DNA from: an uncultured delta proteobacterium
GTDB lineage: Bacteria > Desulfobacterota > Binatia > UBA9968
DNA: 64,000 nucleotides
Assembly (NCBI GenBank): GCA_963816145.1
Contig: CAWFJP010000030.1
Location: forward strand, 384,001 to 448,000
Direction: 5' to 3'
In this document: positions 30,472 through 41,443 of the stretch, piece by piece
How positions within the stretch are numbered: the first letter of the stretch is position 1
Layout: every line of letters begins with the position of its first letter
The notes under the pieces: model-generated
What the model was told of the DNA's origin: nothing
Database searches by the model: none
What the model saw: the letters and a program-made list of their open reading frames with translations, nothing else
Translations under genes and position numbers: made by a program

Positions 30472-32157
30472 CTATTCCGTCCTCGCCCGCTCGACTTTTC
30501 TTGAATCCGCCGCGCCCTTCATCGTCACACCGTCCCAGGTAATCGCCTGCACTACCCCTAGCGCGCTTTGCGTGCGCAGCGCATGGCCGCGCTTTTCCAA
30601 ATCCTTTCTTGGTTCCGCCGCGATGCCCGCTTCGACACCCATGCGATCGGGCATCCATTGATGGTGAATGCGCGCCGACTCGACGGCAGCGGTCACCGGC
30701 ATCTTGAATTCAATTAGGTTGAGGATCGTCTGAAACGTCGCATTGATAATCCGCGGCCCGCCGGAAGCACCGACGACGATCTCAGGCCGACCATTGTTCA
30801 GGACAATAGTCGGCGACATGCTACTGAGCGGTCGCTTGTTGGGCTGGAGCGAGTTGGCCTGATTGCCGATCAAGCCGTAGACGTTACCGATGTCGCCATG
30901 GATCGCGAAATCGTCGATTTCGTTATTGAGTACGATGCCGACCTTGGGCACTAGCAGTTTCGAGCCGAAGCGCGTGTTGACCGTCTGTGTGCAAGCCACG
31001 GCATTACCGTCGCGGTCGATGACGCTGAAATGCGTGGTGCTGCCCTTCTCCCCGTTGTAATTGTAGTAGCCATAATAAGTCGGAGCGTAAGTCTTGTCCG
31101 GGGAAATCCGCCCGCGCACCCAGGCAGCATAGTTCTTATCCGTCAGCTTGCGGACCGGCACATGGACGAAATCCGGATCGCCGAGGTGCTCCGCGCGATC
31201 GGCAAACGCATGTTTCATCGCTTCGGCGAGCAAGTGTAAATAAGGTGCCGAGTTATGTTTGAACTCGTCGAACTTGTAACCTTCGACGACATTGAGCATC
31301 TGCAACAACGCTACCCCGCCCGAGCTCGGCGGCGGCATGGTGATCACCGTGCGGCCCCGGTAGCTGCCGACGAGCGGCTCGCGCCACACCGCTTTGTAGT
31401 TCTTCAGATCGTCGAGGGTCATGACGCCGCCCTCTTTCTTGACCATGTCGACGATCGCCTCGGCGATCCAGCCGCGATAAAAAACCTCGGCGCCCTCCTG
31501 CGCGATCGCTTTGATCGTCGCCGCCAGTCGTGGTTGGCGGATCAGCTCGCCTTCCTTGGGCACTTCGCCGTTGGGCATGTAGACGCTCCCGAGATCAGCG
31601 AAGCGCTTCAAGTTGTTGACGCCGCGTTCGATGGCGACGCGCAAGGTCGCGTCGAGGGGAAACCCTTCGGCCGCAAGCTTCACCGCCGGCGCCGCCAGAA
31701 CCGCCAGCGGCAAAGTGCCGAACTTTTTGCGCACCTCGATCAATCCCGCCGCCTCGCCGGGCACCGCTACCGCCAGCGGCCCTGTGAGGCTCGCCGCCGG
31801 CACTGGTTTGCCATCCTTCAAATATAACTCCCGGCGCGATGCTGCCGGCGCGGTCTCGCGAAAATCCAGTGCGAACGACTTCTTGTCTTTGGCGCGGTAG
31901 ATCACCATGAATCCGCCGCCGCCCAATCCCGACGACGCCTGATCGACCACCGACAACGCCAGCGCCGTGGCGATCGCTGCGTCGACGGCGTTGCCGCCGC
32001 GCTTGAGAATCTCCATGCCGGCCTGGCTCGCCAACTCGCTGTCCGCCACCACCAGCCCCGCACTCGCTTGCTGCGACCGAGCAGAGACATCCGCGGCAAC
32101 GAAACTAACGATAAAGAGAAAACAGAAGAAAATCCTCGCCCGGAGTAAGAATCGCAT
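30472..32157 (-). CDS. ggt: Gamma-glutamyltransferase
   Basis: GGNAVDAA, SGLGGGGF, DFRETAP, PPPSSGG, TTHFSV (Thr nucleophile), RPLSSMSP, GASGG. Confidence 0.95.
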   Translation of the reverse strand: MRFLLRARIFFCFLFIVSFVAADVSARSQQASAGLVVADSELASQAGMEILKRGGNAVDAAIATALALSVVDQASSGLGGGGFMVIYRAKDKKSFALDFRETAPAASRRELYLKDGKPVPAASLTGPLAVAVPGEAAGLIEVRKKFGTLPLAVLAAPAVKLAAEGFPLDATLRVAIERGVNNLKRFADLGSVYMPNGEVPKEGELIRQPRLAATIKAIAQEGAEVFYRGWIAEAIVDMVKKEGGVMTLDDLKNYKAVWREPLVGSYRGRTVITMPPPSSGGVALLQMLNVVEGYKFDEFKHNSAPYLHLLAEAMKHAFADRAEHLGDPDFVHVPVRKLTDKNYAAWVRGRISPDKTYAPTYYGYYNYNGEKGSTTHFSVIDRDGNAVACTQTVNTRFGSKLLVPKVGIVLNNEIDDFAIHGDIGNVYGLIGNQANSLQPNKRPLSSMSPTIVLNNGRPEIVVGASGGPRIINATFQTILNLIEFKMPVTAAVESARIHHQWMPDRMGVEAGIAAEPRKDLEKRGHALRTQSALGVVQAITWDGVTMKGAADSRKVERARTE

Positions 32158-32224
32158 ATGAATCGGGTTTAATGCTTTGCCTGCGCGTTTGCAATCAATT
32201 GCCGGGTTGATGATAAATTCCGTC

Positions 32225-32304
32225 TCACCACGAAGGCACGAAGAGCACGAAGGTTTCGGAAAAGTAGGATTCCGAACTTCGTGTCCATCGTGCCTTCGTG
32301 GTGA
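32225..32304. repeat. Long imperfect hairpin built from CACGAAG repeats
   Basis: tcaccacgaaggcacgaagagcacgaagg...cttcgtgtccatcgtgccttcgtggtga. Confidence 0.75.
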
Positions 32305-32387
32305 AAACCATCTCTCCCTTGCCAATCGGCAACAGCTATTTCATATTGAATTGAACCCGCACACGTTTCGCCACTCGAAACAAAACC

Positions 32388-35300
32388 ATGCAAACCGTCC
32401 TCGGACCATTTCATCCCGATTTGGAAAACGCCCTTGTCGACGCAATCTCGCAACATAAACAAGCCGACCTGCTCCGCCCGCTGTTGATCCTGGTGCCGTC
32501 CGATCTCATCCGCCGGCGCTTGAAGATTCTCCTGGCCCAAGAGCGCGGCTTGGCGCTGCTCAATGTCCAGCTGCTAACCTTTCACCAATTGTCGTTGCGC
32601 CTGAATGGCGAATGCGGCAGCGCGCCGACGGAGTTGCATAGCGACCTGTTTCTCGAAGAAGCGCTGCGTCAAATTATCCGAACCGGCAAGCCCGGTGCCC
32701 AGCCCTTTGCCGGCGTCGAGGATCGCGCCGGCGGTTGCGCCGCATTGTGGCAGACCCTGCGCGACCTGCGCGACGGATTGGTCGATCCAGAGCTAGCGCT
32801 TACCGCGCTCGGCGAGGGCCATTTCACCGAGCGTACCGGCGTGCGCACGGCGCAGTTGCTAGAGCTATTGCAAACGTTGCAAACCTTCTGCGACGAGCAA
32901 GACATCAAAGATCTCGCCGATCTCGATCGCCGCGCCACCGAACAGGCGCCGTCGTCGCCCTTCCTCCAACAGTTCAAAGAAATTTTTTACTATGGCTTTT
33001 ACGATCTGACGCAGATTCAATTGGACTTTTTCCGCGCGGTAGCTAGCCACTATCCAACCAGGTTGTTCTTTCCGCTGCTCACCGCCATACCCGGCCATGA
33101 CGCTTGGAATTTCGCCGCGCGCTTCTACGAGCGCTATGTCCAGGGACGTGCGGCGGAATTGGCCGGCGAATCAGACTCGCCTCACGCGCTGCCCGCCAAC
33201 GCCCGGCTGTTCGACGGCGACAAAGGCCGAAGCTACGCGAAACCCGACAAGCAGTGGCAGTGCAAGATCGTCAACACCTTCGGCATCGAGGATGAAGTCG
33301 CCACCGCGGCCAAAGAGATCGTGCGGCTCATCGACGACGGCAAGTTGGCGTTTAACGAGATCGGCGTGGTCGCGCGCGGTTTGGAATCCTACGGCACGGT
33401 GATCCGGGACCGCTTTGCCCAACATCGCATCCCGCTCGCCGGGCGCCTTGAAGAACCGCTGGTGCTGTTTCCTTTGACCAAGTCGGTCATTCTGCTGCTC
33501 AATCTGCCGGCCAAAGATTTCCTGCGCAGCCAGGTTATCGACCTGCTGTCATCGCCCTATTTCCAATTACCAAAACTCGCCGCCGAACCCACTAATGCCC
33601 GCCCCGATCTCTGGGACTTGGCGACCCGCGAGCTGGTGATTTGCAAAGGCGTTAGCGAATGGCGCCGGCTGCGCCGCTTCACCCAGCGCGATTTGTTGCT
33701 GCGGCAAATCTCCGACGACGACGAAGCGCGGGTGATCCAAATCACCACGGCGCAGTTGCTTTCTCTCGCTGACGTCGTCGACGCGCTGGTTGCCGATCTC
33801 GCTGGTCTACCGAACCAAGCGACATGGCAAGAATACAGCACGAGATGGAAAGCCTTGCTGGAAAAATATCTTGGCATCGCGTCTATGGACGAGACCGGAA
33901 CGGCGGCAGCGTCACCGAGCCAAGCGATCCTCGGCGTCCTGGGCGAGCTCGCCGGCCTCGATAAGATTTCTGACAAGGTTAGCCTCGGCGATTTCAGCCA
34001 CACCTTCGAGCACTGGCTCGAACGCACCACGGTGAGCGACGACCGGCGCAACCGTGACGGCGTCATGGTGCTCGGCGCCACGGCGGCGCGGGGCTTGTCG
34101 TTCCGCGCGCTGTTCGTCCTCGGCATGAACGAAGGGGTGTTTCCGCGAACTATCCGCGAGGACGCTTTTCTGCGCGACCGCGACCGCGAAGTTTTGGAAA
34201 CTGATCTAGGCTACAAGGTCAACCAGAAACTCACAGGTTACGACGAAGAAAAGCTCTTGTTCACCCTGCTCGTCGGCGCCGCCGGCGAACGGCTTTATTG
34301 CTCCTATCAGCGCGCCGATGACAACGGCCGCGCGCTGGCGCCGTCGTGGTACGTCGAGGAATTGAGACAAGCCCTCGTCGGCCAAGGCCGGCAATGTGAA
34401 ATCGTCACCATACCGCGCAGCTTGATCGAAAAATCCACGATCCCGCCCTTCGACCGCCAAGACTTGCTGCTGCCCGATGAACTCGCTATCCGCCTGACCT
34501 TGGAGAATCAAGATCCGACCTCATTGATCGAAGCCACCGGCAATCTGCCGGCGCTGTACCAGCAAGGACGCAAAATCGTCGGCGAACTCGATCGCTCGGG
34601 CGACCGTTTGTTGGGCTATGACGGATTGGTCGGCGAACTCGCCGCTTACTGGAAACATTTCGCCGAGCGCGGCTTGTCGCCCACGGCCCTGGAAACCTAC
34701 GCGCGCTGTCCGTTTCAATTCTTCGCCCGCCACGTGCTGGGGTTACAGCCGCTCGAACGGCCCGAAGAGATTCTTGGCCCTAATCCAGCGGAGTTCGGCG
34801 AGTTGGGCCATGAAATTCTCAACGGCTTCTACGCCGCTCTGATGGATGGCGGTTATTTCGCTGGCAAGGCCGCAGCCATGAATACGGAAACCACACTGTT
34901 AGCGGTCGCCAGCCGCGCCTGCGCTGAGTATGAAGCGAACAATCCGGTAGGCTATCCGCTCGCTTGGGAAACGTTGAAAGAAGGACTGATTCAACTGCTG
35001 CGCCAGGTGACCACCAAAGATCTCGAAGAACTTTCGATCTCGGGCTTTGTCCCGGTGAGTCTCGAAACCGATATGGCGCGCAGCGTACCAGATGACTGGC
35101 CCGACGGCGTCAAACGCCTCACCATCCGCGGCCGTATGGACCGCATCGATCAGAACACGCGCGACGGCAACGCGCTGCGCGTGATCGACTATAAATTTAA
35201 ATTCGGCGGCGCGCAGGCGACCCAGGACAAGAACCTTGTGCGCGCCGCCCTGCGCGGCGAGCGTTTGCAGCCGCCGTTTTATTATTTGCTCGCCGAGGCG

Positions 35301-35636
35301 TGGTCAGAACCACAGGTTGGAAAACCTGCCCCGGCCATCGAAGCCGATTTTTACTACATCGCGCCGCGCTGGTCCGACGGCCCGCTGGTCACAGAATCCT
35401 ACGATCGCGAAGGATTGAGCGGCAACCTCGGCGCCGCCACTAAAGCGACCATCGAGTATCTCGCCAATGGCGTGCACCAGGGCCGTTACTTCATCCACCG
35501 CGGCGAGCATTGCGGCCGCTGCGAGGTCGCCACCATCTGCCGCAAGAATCATCCGCCAAGCCTGTGGCGCGCTGAAAACGATCCGCTAACCGAACCGCAT
35601 TACGCTTTGCGCGCCAAAGATCCGAAAAAGCTATGA
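32388..35636 (+). CDS. addB: AddB/RexB-like helicase-nuclease subunit
   Basis: Inactive helicase-like body; LSPTALETYARCPFQFF, RGRMDRID, VIDYK, CGRCEVATIC (Fe-S staple Cys). Confidence 0.8.
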   Translation: MQTVLGPFHPDLENALVDAISQHKQADLLRPLLILVPSDLIRRRLKILLAQERGLALLNVQLLTFHQLSLRLNGECGSAPTELHSDLFLEEALRQIIRTGKPGAQPFAGVEDRAGGCAALWQTLRDLRDGLVDPELALTALGEGHFTERTGVRTAQLLELLQTLQTFCDEQDIKDLADLDRRATEQAPSSPFLQQFKEIFYYGFYDLTQIQLDFFRAVASHYPTRLFFPLLTAIPGHDAWNFAARFYERYVQGRAAELAGESDSPHALPANARLFDGDKGRSYAKPDKQWQCKIVNTFGIEDEVATAAKEIVRLIDDGKLAFNEIGVVARGLESYGTVIRDRFAQHRIPLAGRLEEPLVLFPLTKSVILLLNLPAKDFLRSQVIDLLSSPYFQLPKLAAEPTNARPDLWDLATRELVICKGVSEWRRLRRFTQRDLLLRQISDDDEARVIQITTAQLLSLADVVDALVADLAGLPNQATWQEYSTRWKALLEKYLGIASMDETGTAAASPSQAILGVLGELAGLDKISDKVSLGDFSHTFEHWLERTTVSDDRRNRDGVMVLGATAARGLSFRALFVLGMNEGVFPRTIREDAFLRDRDREVLETDLGYKVNQKLTGYDEEKLLFTLLVGAAGERLYCSYQRADDNGRALAPSWYVEELRQALVGQGRQCEIVTIPRSLIEKSTIPPFDRQDLLLPDELAIRLTLENQDPTSLIEATGNLPALYQQGRKIVGELDRSGDRLLGYDGLVGELAAYWKHFAERGLSPTALETYARCPFQFFARHVLGLQPLERPEEILGPNPAEFGELGHEILNGFYAALMDGGYFAGKAAAMNTETTLLAVASRACAEYEANNPVGYPLAWETLKEGLIQLLRQVTTKDLEELSISGFVPVSLETDMARSVPDDWPDGVKRLTIRGRMDRIDQNTRDGNALRVIDYKFKFGGAQATQDKNLVRAALRGERLQPPFYYLLAEAWSEPQVGKPAPAIEADFYYIAPRWSDGPLVTESYDREGLSGNLGAATKATIEYLANGVHQGRYFIHRGEHCGRCEVATICRKNHPPSLWRAENDPLTEPHYALRAKDPKKL

Positions 35637-38600
35637 GCGGAAATCCAGAAAAAATAGCGCTGCCTGACACCCGCGACCGCCAAATCGCGGTCGGCACCTT
35701 CGACCACAATCTAGTCGTCACCGCCGGCGCGGGCACCGGCAAGACCACCTTGCTGGTGGACCGGCTGGCGCATTTGATTTTGCGCGACCCCGAACCGGTC
35801 AAAATTACCGAGATCGTCGCCCTGACCTTTACCAACAAAGCCGCCGATGAAATGAAGTTACGCCTGCGCGAGCGTTTGCAGACTTACCTCGCCGTCGAGC
35901 TCGACCGCCAACCGGAAAGCGACGCTGAACGGAAAACCTTTCACGCTGTCGAAGAGTTGATCGCCCGCTACCGGCTCTCCAAGGATGACATGGACGGGCG
36001 CATGCGCGAGGCTCTGCGTAATCTGGAACGCAGCGACATCGGCACGATCCATAGCTTCGCGGCGAATTTACTCCGTCTCTATCCCATCGAAGCCGGCGTC
36101 GACCCGCAGTTCCGCGAGGACGAAGGCAGCGAATTCGACCGTCTGTTCGACGAACAATGGGACGCCTGGCTCGATCAGGAACTGGCGCTCGCGAGCCCGC
36201 GCGCCGAAGATTGGCGCAAAGTGCTCGCCCGCTGCCAGCTCGATCAAATCAAAGCTCTCGCTCGCTCGCTCTCGGCGGAAACCGTCGAACTCAATCAAGA
36301 GCCGGCGCAAGGGATCGCCGCGCCGCTGCGCGATTGGCTCGGTAAATTAGCCGCCCTAGCCGCCGCTTTGGACGCGCGCCATCCCGAAGACCGGATGAAT
36401 GAAAAACTCGTGCGGGCCGCCCACGCAGTGATCTACGAGTTTGAAAAATCTGGCCGACGCTCGGAAGACTTGACCGATTGCTACAAGCTCCTGGCGGAAA
36501 AGTCCGTCAGCCGCACTTTGAAAGGCTGGTCTGCCGAGGACAGCGCCGCAGCCCAAGAACTGGTGCGCGCCGCCAAAGGCTTGACCGGCGTCGACGGCGA
36601 GTTTACCGCTTTACTTTGGCGTCTGCTCACGCCCTACGCCGAAGCGTTTCGCGAGCGCTTCCTGCGCGATGGCCATATCTCTTTCGACGGCCTGCTGGTG
36701 CGCGCGCGTAACCTGGTGCGCGATCACCAGCGTGTGCGCGCCGAACTCAAGCGCCGCTACCGGACGATCTTGATCGACGAGTTTCAGGACACCGACCCGA
36801 TCCAATATGAGATTCTGCTCTACCTGGCCGAACAGCCCGACCAGAGCGTGTCGGACTGGCGCAAAATTAAATTGGCACCGGGTAAATTGTTTGTCGTCGG
36901 CGATCCGAAACAATCGATCTACGCCTTCCGCCGCGCCGACATCGAAGCCTATTTGGAAGTGGTCGAGAAGATCGTCCTGGCGCAAGACGGCATCGAATGC
37001 CGGCTGACGACAAACTTCCGCAGTGACGGCGCCATCCTCGACGTCGTCAACGGTGCCTTTGAAACATCTCATCCAAGCGCAACCAGGCTTGCAGCCACCT
37101 TACATCGCCATCGAGCCCGCGCCGGGCCGCGCCAGCATCTCAGGCTCGCTGGCAAAACTATCAGTGAGAAAAATTATCGCTCCCGACGACCAGACCGACG
37201 CCGAAACCGCTCGACGCATCGAAGGCGAAAGTTTGGCGCGCTGGTTGAAAGAATTAGTGTTGGGCAAGGCGCAAATCTTGAACGCCCGCGGCGAGACCGT
37301 CCACGCCCAACCTAAAGATATCGCCATCCTGATGCGCAAGTTGACCGACATCCACGATTACTTGGAGCCGTTTCGCCGCCAGGGTATCCGCTACGTCGTC
37401 GAAGGCGAACGCCATTTCTACGCCGCCAAAGAAATTATCGACGCGGTTAACTTACTACGTGCGGTGGAGAACCCCTACGACCGCCTGGCTCTGGTAGGCG
37501 TACTGCGTTCGCCTCTGGGTGGCCTCACCGATCTACAGATTTACCAGCTACACCGGCAAAATCGGCTCGACTATCGCGACAGTGCTAAGCTCGGCAGTGA
37601 AGGACTTTCCGGCAACGCTGACGCAGCTCTATCAGGCGCTGACCCAACTCAATGTCGAAACCAGAACACTGCCCATCGGCGCCGCCGTCGATCGCATATT
37701 TTCAACTTTGCCCGTGGAGCTGCTCGCCGCCTGTCATTTCCACGGCGAGCAGGCGGTGGCCAATTTGGCCAAGCTGCGCCAGCAGGCCGAACAACTCGGC
37801 CGCGAGGGATTAACCACGCTCAAGGCTGCGATCCGCCAGCTCGAACAGCGCGTCCTCGACGTCAAAGACGAAGGCGAAAGTGTGCTCGCCGAAGAAAACT
37901 TGGACGCCGTGCGCATCATGAGCATCCACAAGGCAAAAGGGTTGGAATTTTCCATCGTCATCCTCGCCGGCTGCCAGACCGGCACCGAAGGACGCCACAG
38001 CGCCGAAGCTGAGTCCACTTTCGACTGGTCGACCGGACTCACCGGCACCCGCGTCGGCCAGGCCGCCGATCTCGCCGGCCTCTACATCGCCGAGAAGAAT
38101 CGCTTGCGCAACCTTGAAGAACAAAAACGGCTGCTCTACGTCGCCATGACCCGCGCGCGCGAGCATCTGGTTCTCTCTTGCGCGCCCGCCAACCGGCGCT
38201 CCGGCGGCAGCTTTCAAGCGATGCTCGACACGACGCTAGGCAACAGCATCGCCGGCGCGGAATCCTCCACCCGCGTCGCCCTTGGCAAAGGCATGGTCAA
38301 GATCGAAGTCGTCCATCAAAGTCTCAGCGCGCCCAGCCATGCGCCGGCCAAAGCCAAACGCCCGAAGAAAAAGCCCAACTGGAAACCCTATATAGAAAAG
38401 TGGGCGCGCCGGACGGAAATTTTTGACAAGGCGCAACAGACCACGCCGTTTCTCACGCCGACGCTGCTCAAACGCCAGGAAGACGCGAGCAGCGAAGCTG
38501 GTGATAAGCTCAACATCCAAGCCGCCGCGCAACACTCCGGCGCTAGTGGTCGGCGATCTGACGCACCGATTTTTGCAGTCATGGCAGTTTGACGGCGAGA

Positions 38601-39052
38601 CATCGAATCTCAATGAGCAATTGCGCAGTTTCATCGACGGTGCTTTGCCGGCGGAATTCGTTTCAGAGCGTAGCGAGATCGTAACCGAGCTGCACGAGAT
38701 ATTGGAAAATTTTTTCCACTCGAAGGCCTACGCCGAACTCGTTGGGGCCAAGATCCTCGGCCGCGAAGTGCCGCTGCTGATGCCGTGGCAGGATCAGATC
38801 ATGGAAGGCGTCATCGATTTGATCTACGAGAAAGACGGCTTGCTTTACCTGGCCGACTATAAGACAGATAGAATTAAACGCAGCGAATTGCGCGCCGGCG
38901 CCGAGCGCTATTGTCAGCAGGCGGAGATTTATATCGAGGCGGTGAGAAAAAGTTTGGGCCGCCAAGTAGCCGCGTTCAAGCTAATTTTTCTCCGCGTGGG
39001 CGAAGCGATTGAAGTCGGAACCAAGTCGAACGCAGAATTGACGCTGTTTTAG
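35633..39052 (+). CDS. addA: AddA/RexA-like UvrD helicase-nuclease (three apparent +1 frameshifts)
   Basis: AGAGTGKT, TFTNKAA, TIHSF, IDEFQDT, VGDPKQSIYAFR; continues in successive frames to MSIHKAKGLEF, LLYVAMTRA, EGVIDL...DYKTD; breaks near 37070, 37595 and 38510. Confidence 0.8.
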
Positions 39053-39084
39053 CTATCGGCCGCCAACCACAGGATAGAGCAAAA

Positions 39085-39675
39085 ATGAAAATTTTTTTCT
39101 TCGACATCGAAACCGTTCCCACCGACAAGTCCTTAGAGGACAACGGCCTGCTCGAACCGCAGATCAAACTCGACGAGGCCGAGATCATCAAGAAATTAAG
39201 CCTGTCGGCCGCCACGGCGAAAATCATTTGCCTGTGTTACGCCATCGAGCCATCGGTCAGCGGCACCGTCGAAGTCTTGAAGGGCGAAGAGACCGACATC
39301 ATCAAAAATTTTTGGAAGATCGTCCCCGACTGCAATCTTTTCGTCGGCCATAACATTTTGGACTTTGACCTGCGCTTCATCTACCAGCGCTCGGTGATCC
39401 ATCAAATCAAACCCAGCCGCGACATCCCCTTCACCCGCTTCCGCAACGCGCCGATCTACGACACCATGCACGAGTGGAGCAAATGGGGCCGCGAACACGC
39501 CAGCCTCGACTCATTGTCGAAGGCCCTCGGCATCCCCTCGCCGAAGGAGAATCTCGACGGCTCGAAAGTCTACCCCTACTACCGCGCCGGCAAACTCCCC
39601 GAGATCATCGAATACTGCAAACGCGACGTCGAGTCGGTGCGCGCGGTTTATAAGCGGCTGACGTTTACGAAATAG
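39085..39675 (+). CDS. DEDD 3'-5' exonuclease (PolB-exonuclease-related/RNase H-like)
   Basis: FFDIET (ExoI), GHNILDFD (ExoII), YCKRDV (ExoIII). Confidence 0.87.
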   Translation: MKIFFFDIETVPTDKSLEDNGLLEPQIKLDEAEIIKKLSLSAATAKIICLCYAIEPSVSGTVEVLKGEETDIIKNFWKIVPDCNLFVGHNILDFDLRFIYQRSVIHQIKPSRDIPFTRFRNAPIYDTMHEWSKWGREHASLDSLSKALGIPSPKENLDGSKVYPYYRAGKLPEIIEYCKRDVESVRAVYKRLTFTK

Positions 39676-39838
39676 TGCCCGGTCCGTTGTAGGGGCAAGC
39701 GGCGCTCGCCCGTCCGATAGAAAGACTCTTGTAACCACGGAGGGCACCGACATCACAGAGGGGACGATTCGGATTCGGAATGTTAACCGAAAAGAACGCA
39801 TAGAGCGCAAAGTTAATCTCAAGACGGATTTCGATTCG

Positions 39839-39881
39839 GTACCTTGAAAATCCCGCAGTTAGTGCGGGATTTTCAAGGTAC
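39839..39881. repeat. Perfect 19-bp inverted repeat with 5-nt loop
   Basis: GTACCTTGAAAATCCCGCA-gttag-TGCGGGATTTTCAAGGTAC. Confidence 0.9.
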
Positions 39882-39989
39882 GGCCGGCAAACCTAAACAC
39901 TGCTAATTCGCCGAGCCAAAGAGGCAAACCCGATCGTCTAACACTAACTCAAGGCGAGCAGCACCACCGGAAGCGACCGCCCATGTCGT

Positions 39990-40018
39990 TTGACTCCCTA
40001 TCTCTCAGACTATAAATT
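39990..40018 (+). promoter_or_regulatory. Putative sigma70 promoter of the cupin-eutA operon
   Basis: TTGACT-N17-TAAATT. Confidence 0.45.
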
Positions 40019-40126
40019 GAGCGAATAAATCCACCGGTCTTCGGCAGTTTCGTCGTTAGCCGAGTCCGCAGATTCAGATCGCAAACGTAACCGATCAATT
40101 CAAAGTCAGATTTCTTAGGAGGCATT

Positions 40127-41323
40127 ATGGATCATCCCACCGAGTCGACATTCAATGAACCGACAGACAAAAAGACCAGGGCTGGCCTTGGCAAATTTCT
40201 CCGGCCCAATACACCCTACGACGACTTCATGGAAGCGCAGGGCATCCCGATCTTTCGCGATATCGGCGTGCGCCGGGTGCAGGACTTGCCGCGCAAGCCG
40301 TGGAAACGCATGGGCGGCAACGGCACGTTCATTCAGCTGCTCGGTACCGAGGGGCTGTGGGGCTGCTACGTCGTCGAGGTTCCCGGCGCCGGCGCGTTGA
40401 ATCCCGAGAAGCACCTCTACGAAGAGCAATATCTGGTCGTCGACGGCCGCGGCACCACCGAAGTCTGGGTCGATGGTAATCCCAAGAAGTTGACCTTCGA
40501 ATGGCAAAAGGGTTCGATCTTTGCGATTCCGATGAATGCGACCCATCGCATCGTCAATGCGACTTCGAGCCCGGCGCTGCTGCTCGCCGGCACCACGGCA
40601 CCTAACATCATGAACAACTTCGGCAACGAAGATTTCATATTCAACTGCCCCTATCAGTTCAAAGACCGTTTCGATCCTAGCGACGACTATTTCAAATACA
40701 AAGAGGATGTCACACCGGATCCGGTGCGCGGCCTGGCCATGCGCATGACCAACATTATCCCGGACGTGATGGGCTGCGAACTGCCGATGGACAACCGCCG
40801 CTCGCCGGGCTATCGGCGTATCGAACCGCATATGGCCGGGCAGCATTTTTACTATTGGATCGGCCAGCATGAAACCGGCCGCTATTCGAAGGCCCACGCT
40901 CACGGCTCGGCCGCCGTGCTGATCTGTCTTAGCGGCAAAGGCTACACTTATACCTGGCCGTCGAAGTTGGGCACCAAACCCTGGGAGGCCGGCACTACTG
41001 AAGAAATCCGCCGCCAGGACTACGAGCCGGTCGGTATGGTCAGCGCCGCGCCCATGAGCGGCAACTGGTTCCACGCCCATTTCGGCGCCAGCAAAGAACC
41101 TCTGCGTCTCACCGCGTGGTTTGGCCCCAACGCGCCGGGCCGCGAACGCGGCCGACCGGGCGAAAAAGCGATCGATTACGGCGCCATCGATATGAAAGAT
41201 GGCGGCACGGCGATCCCCTACAACGAAGAAGATCCGTACTTGCGTAAAGAGTTCGAGGAAACCCTCGAGAAGGTCGGCGCCAAGTCGCGCATGGAACCGG
41301 ACCTCTACAAGAACTCCTACTAA
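40127..41323 (+). CDS. Bicupin protein (gentisate-dioxygenase-like architecture)
   Basis: Cupin 1 PEKHLYEE...GRG...IPMNATHRIVN; cupin 2 KAHAHG...GKGYT...NWFHAHF; AGGAGG RBS. Confidence 0.8.
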   Translation: MDHPTESTFNEPTDKKTRAGLGKFLRPNTPYDDFMEAQGIPIFRDIGVRRVQDLPRKPWKRMGGNGTFIQLLGTEGLWGCYVVEVPGAGALNPEKHLYEEQYLVVDGRGTTEVWVDGNPKKLTFEWQKGSIFAIPMNATHRIVNATSSPALLLAGTTAPNIMNNFGNEDFIFNCPYQFKDRFDPSDDYFKYKEDVTPDPVRGLAMRMTNIIPDVMGCELPMDNRRSPGYRRIEPHMAGQHFYYWIGQHETGRYSKAHAHGSAAVLICLSGKGYTYTWPSKLGTKPWEAGTTEEIRRQDYEPVGMVSAAPMSGNWFHAHFGASKEPLRLTAWFGPNAPGRERGRPGEKAIDYGAIDMKDGGTAIPYNEEDPYLRKEFEETLEKVGAKSRMEPDLYKNSY

Positions 41324-41325
41324 TC

Positions 41326-41392
41326 AGGTTTCGGGTTTGCGGTTTCGAGTTTCGGGTTAACACGACACCCGGGACTCGAGACCCGTAACCGT
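41326..41392. repeat. Inverted GTTTCGG heptamer arrays between cupin and eutA-like gene
   Basis: ggtttcgggtttgcggtttcgagtttcgggtt...acccgggactcgagacccgtaacc. Confidence 0.7.
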
Positions 41393-41443
41393 TCTCACTC
41401 CCAAACACTTTCCAAGATTGACTGAGATTTGTCAGGAAAAATT

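Noticed and set aside
32388-39052. Novel helicase-nuclease defence system or Cas4-linked locus
   Set aside because: Architecture matches housekeeping AddAB; no cas genes or array
39885-39960. Two GGCAAACC motifs suggesting a c-di-GMP-I riboswitch
   Set aside because: No GNRA-capped stem or matching downstream consensus could be built
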